A DNA stretch of 47,818 nucleotides, taken from positions 1 through 47,818 of the forward strand of contig JAUCBJ010005614.1 in assembly GCA_032718475.1 (NCBI GenBank). The letters are read 5' to 3'. Each line of letters opens with the position of its first letter. Position 1 is the stretch's first letter. The notes beneath the pieces are model-generated. The model did not search any database. It saw only the letters and a program-made list of their open reading frames with translations, and was not told the DNA's origin. The stretch comes from Nemertoderma westbladi. Taxonomy: Eukaryota; Animalia; Xenacoelomorpha. A program made the position numbers and the translations under genes. Of the stretch, positions 39,633-47,818 are shown piece by piece.

Positions 39633-40281
39633 CAGGTACCTGAATAACGACACTCATGGAATACTAAATATAAATACTGTACTATATTTAGTATTCCATG
39701 CGACACTATATTCCAGGACATGGAGACATGGTGTATCTGAATGGGTGTTTGAAAAAGGTGGACTGGACACAGAAAACATGGACAATGGACAGACCAATCA
39801 CGGGCGAGTTGCGTCACACAGCATGTCCACCTTTTTCAGCTTTGTTTTCTATCTTTTTCAAATTTGAAAAAGGTGGACAGGGTTGAGAAAGAACAGGCAA
39901 TAAATTGACCAATCAGATTTATCTGCACATTAGGCTATAGCGCAGCTGTCAATGTTTTTCAAAAAATTTCAAATGTTTTTATAGATAATTGTTTTTATTA
40001 TCCCATACTGCCATACTTATTGTTACCAACCGAAGTTGTCCATACAGCCATAAGTAGTTCAATAATCTGATAATATGGGGTGTTCGCGCTTTCGAAGACC
40101 TTTAGCAGTTTAACCTGCCAAAATTTATATGTCTTTTCGTTAATTAAAACCACTTTAGCATACGACAATAATTTATGCTAATACGCAAAACATTAGCCGA
40201 AGTCAGCCCATGCGCGATCATTCACCCGATGGATCTACACCCGGGAGACTGAATTCGGATGCTTGAATTGTATTATTACAG

Positions 40282-41318
40282 TGTAAGGTTGTAGTGTATA
40301 CCTAATGTATTATTCGATAGATCGTTAATAATTAATCTCTGACAGATATTATTGGCTTTCGGGAAATATTAACAGTTCCTTTAGGACGTGGCGCTTTACC
40401 TATTTAAACAGAACTAAGACTTATACTAAACGCAACGATACTGCTGCTGATTAAAGTATAAAACGTATTCTTTAGGAAATACTTTGTTACCAATCACAAT
40501 CATACACACTCTTCTGCCGACAGTCAGTATATTTGATCACACATAAAGAGAGCAGTAATTGACTCGCGTAGGGTCTGCTAAATAACATTGGATTCAATAC
40601 ACACCACATTAATATAAATCGCAATTGTTATATATAGCCGGTCTCTCTAACCTGTAGTGTTATCAAGAAAATTGGGAATTGGGTGATTTATCCGTATTAT
40701 CCAAATAGCAATATTTCCATCAACAAATATTTACAATTAATAACTGACGGTAAAATAACAGTACAAACAATATGATTAATGAATTAGTGAGTGATTTAAG
40801 TCAGGATTGATGAGGTAACAGTTTATACTTTCGATAATTCAAGCAGTTTACGGTACAGCAGTATTGGTTACAAAATGCCGGTGTTTCTGGCTTAGACAGC
40901 AATAACAACAAAAGTAACAACTCTCTCTCTCAGTAAGACTGAACACTCTCCTTATGATCGGCAGGAAAGCTACACCTCGACAGGAAAAACCGCCCTGATT
41001 GGCCCAAGCCAAACAAAGAACCACGCGGCCAATGGCTGTTTCCATGTCAACAACCAGCTGCTAGATGTCGTAATATGAATCATCACGGCTAAGCTGTGAA
41101 AGGTGGTTTGTGCGTTACAAGTTTTTGTCTTACCATGTCCGCTAAAACACGTATATAGCAGAATGATTTTTATGTCCGTTAAAACACCTGTAAAGGTACC
41201 TTGCGGGCGAGGGGAATATATATACAGTTAGAAAACCTTTTTTAGAGTATTCCAGCGCCGGGGGGGGGAACTGGCCAGCAAAGGCAAACGTATCAGTTAT
41301 CCCACAAAAGCTTTTACA
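40282..41318 (-). repeat. Candidate 3' LTR (~1037 bp)
   Basis: On the minus strand it begins TGTAA directly after TGGGAGCGG and could end ...CCTTACA at 40282. CCAAT-type boxes lie at ~40997-41033. No second LTR is in the window to confirm it. Confidence 0.45.
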
Positions 41319-41327
41319 CCGCTCCCA
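41319..41327 (-). promoter_or_regulatory. Candidate polypurine tract
   Basis: The minus strand reads TTTC-TGGGAGCGG|TGTAAAAG about 70 nt after the orphan ORF stop, resembling the short G-rich PPTs of BEL/Pao elements. Confidence 0.55.
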
Positions 41328-41396
41328 GAAAATGGGATTTAAGTCTATAAAATATACAAAATCACAGTTTCTAAAATACAAAAATACTCTAAACAG

Positions 41397-42710
41397 TTAG
41401 TCTTTCTTGCGCGGACGGCGTTTACGCAGTTTTTTGAAGCTAGCCAGAGTCCTTTTCTCTTTGGGGCGAGCCACTTTACTAGGAGGGCTATAACTCCGGG
41501 GTGAAGGGTGCAATATGATTGCATCAGAAAGTATGGGATTGCGATCGGTATATCCGCCGGTCGAAGTACCGGGTTGATGGACATCAACGTCCGGGGAGAG
41601 GGGTCTAACGGCTCTGAGAGCTCGTTTCAAGACAGCCGCTCTTACGGGTCCTTTACGAGTGGTCTGAACGAGGGCCGTGGGTGGACCATAGGCCGTTAGA
41701 AACTTCCTTGGTTTAATGGTTCTTTCTAACTCGCGTTCGCGGGCTCGATACTCGTAAGGCCGTCGATATACTTCTTGTAACTCAGGGTGTGAGTTGACAA
41801 ATAAGTCTCCATAGGCAGGGTCTTGACGGATAAAGTGTATTAAGTTGTAAGACTGGATGTCACTCGGATTAATGCTCCTGAGGAATTTGCGTACATATTT
41901 GGTTGAAATACATTCTCCAACGCGTTTCAATAGTTCATAACTTGATAGGCGCGATTTCTGCTCGACGGAGGCAAACAAATATGGATGGAACGCATAAACT
42001 CCTTCATAGGCGCGTCCGGGATAATAGCGATGGCGTGAGTCACAATAATACCAAAGACGTACGTCCTGCAGGGGAAACGCGGGTGATCGTTCTCCAGTTT
42101 TGCAATACTCTTCCATTTGTTCAAAACTGTCCGGGACAACAGGCAGTGGACGATCTGCGGTAAGATACATCATGGTGAAATAGAGTCGTTTGAGTTCTAC
42201 CATGGGATCGTGATGGATACCTTGAGGATATCGAGTCTCTAAGTTTTGTTGACTGGCAATATTGAGATAGGTTTCCCGCAAAAATTCCACGTAGTCGTTG
42301 AAGTTGATACGCTTATCGGGTTCTTCAACGTTTTCTCTGTCGAGTAGGTTGCGAATAGAGTTCTCGTGTTCTATTCTCGGTTTATCATTACGATTCCGCT
42401 GAGTATGATATTGGAATAAAACCATTTCCCTTTCGGTGTCTACATCATCGGTATCATGTAAATCGGTAGGATGGCCGGTAGTTAAGAAGTCCATATACGT
42501 ACCATTACGATTCGTATAGCGAGCGGTGAATTTTCTATAGTCCGCTTCGCGCGTAAGTTGTTCCTGGGACATCGGCGGTTCGATATAGCGCCCATCGTCC
42601 TCCGTAATAGTAGGATCAGCTTCACCGCGTATCAAGCTATCCACAAACGCTTGTAAAGGTAGAGTATATCTCTCTCTAATACCAAGGTCATCTTCTATTA
42701 ATTCCGTCAT
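41397..42710 (-). CDS. Orphan 437-aa protein with a basic C-terminal tail (possible NLS), inside the BEL/Pao element
   Basis: An uninterrupted ATG-initiated, non-repetitive ORF, GC-richer than its flanks. It has an acidic N-terminus, an aromatic-rich middle and KKLRKRRPRKKD at the end. No signal peptide, TM helix or recognised motif. Confidence 0.75.
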   Translation of the reverse strand: MTELIEDDLGIRERYTLPLQAFVDSLIRGEADPTITEDDGRYIEPPMSQEQLTREADYRKFTARYTNRNGTYMDFLTTGHPTDLHDTDDVDTEREMVLFQYHTQRNRNDKPRIEHENSIRNLLDRENVEEPDKRINFNDYVEFLRETYLNIASQQNLETRYPQGIHHDPMVELKRLYFTMMYLTADRPLPVVPDSFEQMEEYCKTGERSPAFPLQDVRLWYYCDSRHRYYPGRAYEGVYAFHPYLFASVEQKSRLSSYELLKRVGECISTKYVRKFLRSINPSDIQSYNLIHFIRQDPAYGDLFVNSHPELQEVYRRPYEYRARERELERTIKPRKFLTAYGPPTALVQTTRKGPVRAAVLKRALRAVRPLSPDVDVHQPGTSTGGYTDRNPILSDAIILHPSPRSYSPPSKVARPKEKRTLASFKKLRKRRPRKKD

Positions 42711-42781
42711 ATTTGCTATCTGAGTTTGTTAATATCAATATAAGTTAATATTTTAGGTAAGCGGGCGTCGCTTCCTACTAG

Positions 42782-42908
42782 GCCTTTTGCCCCCGGACAG
42801 TGGGTTTCTCAGCGCCGATGTACCGCTGTCGCAGTGTTTACGCCAACATGTAGCAACAGCACGACAACGATAACCGACACAAGTCCCACCACTGTCCGTC
42901 CCAAAGGC
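42782..42908 (-). other. ~127-nt RNA stem-loop upstream of the orphan ORF
   Basis: Minus-strand pairs: GCCUUU/AAAGGC, CGGACAGUGG/CCACUGUCCG, CUU/GAG, GUGUCGGU/AUCGGCGC, UAUCGUUGUCGU/GCGACAGCGGUA, UGUU/AACA and GCUA/UGGC, with eight G-U pairs. Confidence 0.7.
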
Positions 42909-43524
42909 TTGAATCCACTTGAGGTTATCTCGGTAGAGTTAGGGCTATTTTACAATTGCGATTAGCTACTGTAAACACACTTTAGTAGTAACATTCACCT
43001 ATAAACGCACAAATTCCATACAATCATTACTTACTGCACACATGCATGCCATTTGTCCGTTAGTCAGTGTCTTCCAGAATGTCACGTATTTACTATGTAT
43101 CCTTGGATACTAATAGTGCGCTATGTATACTCTTATGCTACGCAATGGGGCAAGCTTTTATTGTTCCTTTAACTTGCTTCTAATTCTAGCGTGGGTGTTG
43201 CCATGGTGACATTATGGAAAACTAGCGGTAGAATTAGGGCAATCCTCATGCATACAGATCTGGGATGTTATTTAATAGTAATTCTTTAATTGTCAATATC
43301 CTCTTTATGCATGATTTTATAAATTTTATCGGCTATTGACTATATGTTGGAGATTCTCACACTCTAGCACACTCAATATGAATCTCCGCTCCCATGATCT
43401 ATTAATTACTGGAATTTTGGGAATGTTATAAATTGCACAAAATGACAATTTATGAAATTCATTCGAATATGAATTTAAATTTATTCCCGTGAATTTTATT
43501 ATTTGATATTAAATTGACATAAAT

Positions 43525-43815
43525 TTTATTCCAGAGCATATCTGGGGACTCAGGATCCTTAATTCGGTAAAATTTGTCTTTTAAGAGTATCGGTAAGTGC
43601 TACGATATCTTAATCGACTAGAATTGTTAACGGATCTGAATTTTACAGATTTTAATAAATATTAAATTAATATTTAGGATGGGCACCGATTTATTCCAGA
43701 ACTTGTCTGGGGACGTTAACCACTGATTCTAGAATTTGTCTTTCAAGTATATCGGTGGGTGCCACGATATCTTAATCGACTAGAATTACAGATGGTCAAA
43801 AGTTTAACAGATTTA
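43525..43815. repeat. Two diverged ~125-bp direct repeats (~165-bp period) in the retroelement spacer
   Basis: TTTATTCCAGA...TCTGGGGAC...AATTTGTCTTT...TATCGGT..GTGC.ACGATATCTTAATCGACTAGAATT occurs at ~43525 and ~43690. Confidence 0.85.
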
Positions 43816-44334
43816 TTTGCGATTTACGCTACTGTTAGAGGGACATCACGCTACTATATGTATTATTTGTTATAAGGTAGAAGAGCAATATCGCACGAAG
43901 CAATGTCAGTGTGAAGAGGCAAGTCGTTTCCAAGGTCTACCCAGAGCTTGGTTTAGCCGAGACACGAGGATCTGAACTTTGCATTCCTAATACTCTGCCT
44001 ACCAATAATACTTAAATATAGTAGTGGCTTTACTGTACTTTAAGAAGTACTGACATGTCATCTTACTATAGTCTCGCATTTATAATATAATACGGACAGT
44101 AAGGAAAGAGAAAATAATTACTTCTTGCCGTCGCACTAAATATATATTATAAGTAATTATGTACGTAATAAACACTAATATATTGCACTAATCTACTAAC
44201 ATTCTAAAATAACATTTTACTAAATAAAATTAAATAAAACGATTATAATAAAGTACATAATAATCCATACCTAAATATAAAATAATAATAAAAAAATATA
44301 AAATAATATAGTCACACACCCACTCCATATATAA

Positions 44335-47300
44335 TTACGTTATGGAGTCCCTAGATCTTTGTCGAATTAGGGAAGTGGTCGTAGGAAGAGTATCCTGCCT
44401 TCCATGGTTTCCGGACAGTTTTCGGTCTCTTTCCAGTAAACCTAAGCGACCAGCTGGGTGATTAGGCTGTCGTGTTACTTCCGCCGCTCCCTTGGCCTGT
44501 CTAATCTCCTCAGTGGTAAGATGAGGAGGCCATTCATCTTCTTCTTTACTTAGGGAGTCGGGTCCACCTAACCAGCCGGGAGTATCTATCCGTTCTTGAG
44601 GAGTTGCTCTTCTGGAATCGATGTCGGCTGGATTAATCGTCCCAAGGCAATGTCTCCATTGATCTACATTGGAGTTAATATCGTCATTATCTGAGGAGTA
44701 TGGTGTTCCCTCAGTTGGATCGTCCACATCACTGCTCTCCACTTCCCCCTTTACTTGGTATACCTGTGGTTGAGGTAATCTCTCTTTGAGAGTTCTACGG
44801 GAAGGGCCAGTGAAGTACCAACCTACTCTAGTTCTTACCGCATAGGTTTGCAGTGGCTGCGGTTGAGCAGGCCGTTTCTCCAATGGCTCAAGCGCCTCAT
44901 GCGCGTTTTGGCCGATGATTATTTGCACTCCAGGATAATCTGTCTGGAATCGAGGTATCTTAAGATGTTGGACGCTCTCATCTTCGTCCCAATTATAAAG
45001 GTCTGCTTGAGTAGTAGCAAAGTTCTTTATAGCCACCATTTTTACTGACCTTACACCTTGTGTTCCTAACTTATCCTGGGGGGTGGACAACACACCTACA
45101 TAGTAATCTGCCGTTATGGTAGATTTCCAAACCTGTATAATTCCTGACATATTCAATTTAGTCCGGAACTTGGGTTGTCCAGCAAAGATATCTTCGGCTA
45201 GTTCTTGATCGATGAATGTTCCTGTGCTGCCGGAGTCAAGTAGGGCGTTCACTATGTAACTCTTGTTGGGACCATGAACTCGAACTTGCACTACAGGAAA
45301 TTCTCTGATTCCTAAGTTGGAAGCTGGAGCTTTCCAAGATGGTTGTTTGGCGAAAGTAGTTTGGGGAAACTCCTCGTTGATGTCTTTTTCGTAAGTAAGT
45401 GCTCGGTACACTGCGGTATTTATTAGATAACAGGATTCGTTGGCATCGGAGAATTCGTCTGTATAGAATCCTTCCCACTCAGAACCTTGGTCAGTGTCGT
45501 TCACATCACTGAATTGGACATGTAGTTCGGGCTCACTTACCTGACTCGGGTTGTCTCGTTCGAACTCACTGTGTAACAAAATGTGATGTTTCGCGCCACA
45601 CTTTGCACACTTTGCGTCGGAGTAACAGGTTCGCCGTTGGTGTCCTGATCTGAGGCAATTATAGCATAACCGCTTATTCCACAGGACTGTACGTCTGTCT
45701 ACAGGGGATTTCTTTAGAAATTCAGCACACGCACTCAAACGGTGAGGCCCGTCGCACAGCGCACATTTTGGTTTGATGTTACTCACCTTAACTTGGTTAA
45801 CGTTATGCACTCTCGTTCTTTCTTCGGGCTTTCTTCCGTGAATTCTCTTAGGAGACGTAGGAGGAGTTGTTGTTACCTGTTCTCTCCTGTCACTGGTTCG
45901 AGACTTGTATTTACTTACGTCTTTATAGGTCTTGTTGTCATAGTAAGATTTTGCTGTGTCTTTCCCGCTGTCCTCTTCTTGAGAAGCTTGGCTCTCGCCG
46001 TCGTCAGTATAACACACTGGTATTATCCTTCTCCTAGAATCGGGTTTCTCACTTACCTTATTTTCCGATGTTTTCTCTCTGGCCTGCCTTATGAGTTGTA
46101 ATTTTACTTCACTATCTAAGAAAGACATGAGATCAGCCATGGTAGGACTTCGTCGTTGTTGTTCATTCATGTACAACACTTTCTTGTCCCAGCGTGTACA
46201 TACTCCACCCTTTGGTAAAGTAGAGACTACGGCTCCAATAACCATGGAACTCTGATATTCATGCGACTTACCTAACCAGTCCAGTTGTCTACAGATCTCT
46301 TGAATTTCATCGGAAAACTCTATAATCTCGCTACTAAGGAAGTGTCGGGGGGCTACTAATTTTGCATACAAATACTTAGCTATGTTATCCTTGTTACCAT
46401 ACCTGATGTTTAATGTATCCCAAACTTGTCTTAATCCATCTGGATGTCCAATAAACTTTAACGCCATTAACTTGGGAGGTCCTTCCAAACACTTGATGAG
46501 GAACCTAAGTTTCTCTCCGTTAGATAGTACAGAGTTCTGTATGCTATCTTTGTAATATTCGTTGAAAGGTAACCATTTCATCTCATCTCCATTGAATTTG
46601 ACGATCTCTCCCACTTTGACCGCTTGGCGGGCTTCTGTTCTAGCCATCTGACGCGTAAAGCTTTCTTGGGCCATCGTGTTATTTAATATCGAATTATCGG
46701 TATATAAATTTCTTGGATCATTATCAGGTCTATAGGGAATATCATTAATAACAGGTCTATAATCACCCTTAATAGGGTTGGCTATAGGAGTTTCAACTTC
46801 ACTAGCAGTATAGATGCGTGTAGGCTCCACACCTTGCGCATGTGATACTTCAGACCTAACGGGTTGACTCAATGTTACCGGGGACATTGGTATGCCTTTT
46901 TGAATATTGACTAATTTGTCGCGTTCTAGCGCGATACTTTGCTGCACTTCTTGCAACTCTGCTCTACTTTCCCTCACTGTTCCCTTAAGTTGGTGGACCG
47001 TCTCCTGCATCTGTCCTAGCAGAAGATTCATCCCCCGCCGTCCCTCTTCCACCCACTCAACCGCCGAAGCAGGAGTCGCCAACATAGTAGCGGGCTGACG
47101 CGGGACGACGGGAGACAAATTATTAATTTCTCTCTCTGCTATCTGGACAGGGGTATTTGCGTGGACTGTTCCACCGGGTACAGGCAATGTAGTGCTATGT
47201 AAAGGGAATTTAGAGTTAAGCTCTGGCAGTGCAGGGGTCTCTAGCACAGAAGTGACTTTGGGAATTACAGGCCTAATTATTTCAGGTTCATCGACTATAG

Positions 47301-47818
47301 TAGGGAGTCTTTTGACCTGAATAAATTGTTCTATAGGTTCTGCCCTACCTAAATCTGTGCTAGTTAGCTGTCTTTTAACAGCTGGGGGCAAATCAGGCAA
47401 TTTACGACGGTAATATGTTTTTCTACGCCTACTTAGATAAGATCTATCGCCTCCGCCTTCAGGGTCTGTAGTATCGCCTTCCTCCGATGATGTGTACCCT
47501 TGGCGCTTGGGAGTAGATTTTCTCATCATCTGCATCTGATTAGCAGTATACTGTTTATTTATACTGTCTTGCGTCTCTTGCAGATTTTCTAACTCCAGTT
47601 GAGTAGTCTGCTCAGATGCTCTCCTTTCTGCTTCTGCCACTGCCTTTGCCACTTTTCTTTTTGCTTTTACTTCTGCCTCTGCCTCTGCCTTTGCCACCGC
47701 CTTTGTGGCTTTACTTTCTGCCTCTGCCTCTGCAGCCGCTGCCTTTCTTTCTGCTTCTGCATTTGCCTTTGCCACCGTCTTTGCTGCTTTACTTTCTGCT
47801 TCTGCTTCTGCTATAGCC
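44335..47818 (-). CDS. BEL/Pao gag-protease polyprotein (5' partial; frame open to the window edge)
   Basis: DUF1759-like KFNGDEMKWLPF...LSNGEKLRFLIKCLEG. Triple zinc knuckle CALCDGPH....C / CYNCLRSGH....C / CAKCGAKHHILLH. Aspartyl protease ALLDSGS with IIIG and AVRTRVGW. N-terminal AEAEAE/K repeats. Confidence 0.92.
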   Translation of the reverse strand, partial: AIAEAEAESKAAKTVAKANAEAERKAAAAEAEAESKATKAVAKAEAEAEVKAKRKVAKAVAEAERRASEQTTQLELENLQETQDSINKQYTANQMQMMRKSTPKRQGYTSSEEGDTTDPEGGGDRSYLSRRRKTYYRRKLPDLPPAVKRQLTSTDLGRAEPIEQFIQVKRLPTIVDEPEIIRPVIPKVTSVLETPALPELNSKFPLHSTTLPVPGGTVHANTPVQIAEREINNLSPVVPRQPATMLATPASAVEWVEEGRRGMNLLLGQMQETVHQLKGTVRESRAELQEVQQSIALERDKLVNIQKGIPMSPVTLSQPVRSEVSHAQGVEPTRIYTASEVETPIANPIKGDYRPVINDIPYRPDNDPRNLYTDNSILNNTMAQESFTRQMARTEARQAVKVGEIVKFNGDEMKWLPFNEYYKDSIQNSVLSNGEKLRFLIKCLEGPPKLMALKFIGHPDGLRQVWDTLNIRYGNKDNIAKYLYAKLVAPRHFLSSEIIEFSDEIQEICRQLDWLGKSHEYQSSMVIGAVVSTLPKGGVCTRWDKKVLYMNEQQRRSPTMADLMSFLDSEVKLQLIRQAREKTSENKVSEKPDSRRRIIPVCYTDDGESQASQEEDSGKDTAKSYYDNKTYKDVSKYKSRTSDRREQVTTTPPTSPKRIHGRKPEERTRVHNVNQVKVSNIKPKCALCDGPHRLSACAEFLKKSPVDRRTVLWNKRLCYNCLRSGHQRRTCYSDAKCAKCGAKHHILLHSEFERDNPSQVSEPELHVQFSDVNDTDQGSEWEGFYTDEFSDANESCYLINTAVYRALTYEKDINEEFPQTTFAKQPSWKAPASNLGIREFPVVQVRVHGPNKSYIVNALLDSGSTGTFIDQELAEDIFAGQPKFRTKLNMSGIIQVWKSTITADYYVGVLSTPQDKLGTQGVRSVKMVAIKNFATTQADLYNWDEDESVQHLKIPRFQTDYPGVQIIIGQNAHEALEPLEKRPAQPQPLQTYAVRTRVGWYFTGPSRRTLKERLPQPQVYQVKGEVESSDVDDPTEGTPYSSDNDDINSNVDQWRHCLGTINPADIDSRRATPQERIDTPGWLGGPDSLSKEEDEWPPHLTTEEIRQAKGAAEVTRQPNHPAGRLGLLERDRKLSGNHGRQDTLPTTTSLIRQRSRDSIT

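Larger units (their letters stand above)
40282..47818 (-). mobile_element. BEL/Pao LTR retrotransposon lacking pol and carrying an extra ORF (5' part outside the window)
   Basis: Gag-protease ORF, spacer, orphan ORF, PPT-like TGGGAGCGG and TGTAA start occur in collinear order on the minus strand. The left boundary is inferred. Confidence 0.7.

Noticed and set aside
41203-41270. GGGCGAGGGGAA and the G-run as the PPT
   Set aside because: They are purine-rich on the + strand, the wrong strand for the minus-oriented element, and lie inside the candidate LTR.
41397-42710. env gene call for the orphan ORF
   Set aside because: No signal peptide, transmembrane anchor or Cys-rich ectodomain.
9363-47816. 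Short ORFs overlapping the main CDSs on other frames or strands
   Set aside because: They are shadow ORFs of GC-richer coding sequence with no motifs, mostly with non-ATG starts.

Overview
AT-rich, repeat-dense eukaryotic (most likely invertebrate animal) genomic DNA. It holds four host genes. Three are single-exon: a lysocardiolipin acyltransferase (LCLAT1/AGPAT8-like, 9395-10489), a questin-oxidase/AflY-like protein (23379-24683), and an unusual fusion of an NMNAT/NadD-like HxGH nucleotidyltransferase with an atypical TKL-like protein kinase (32550-34325). The fourth is a two-coding-exon, probably GPI-anchored Ly6/uPAR three-finger gene that the ORF track splits (minus, 16386-16225 and 14979-14704). 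The right end holds a minus-strand BEL/Pao LTR retroelement of odd design: an open gag-protease ORF, no RT/RNaseH/integrase, a 1.6-kb spacer with a G-U-rich stem-loop, an intact 437-aa orphan ORF, then a candidate PPT and 3' LTR. The rest is LINE fragments (RTE, L2, CR1-like), hAT, TTAA-flanked and foldback non-autonomous DNA elements, a Helentron/DINE-like dispersed family, and large micro- and minisatellites (4, 5, 21, 52 and ~145 bp units). All family calls come from recognising motifs by eye; no searches were run.
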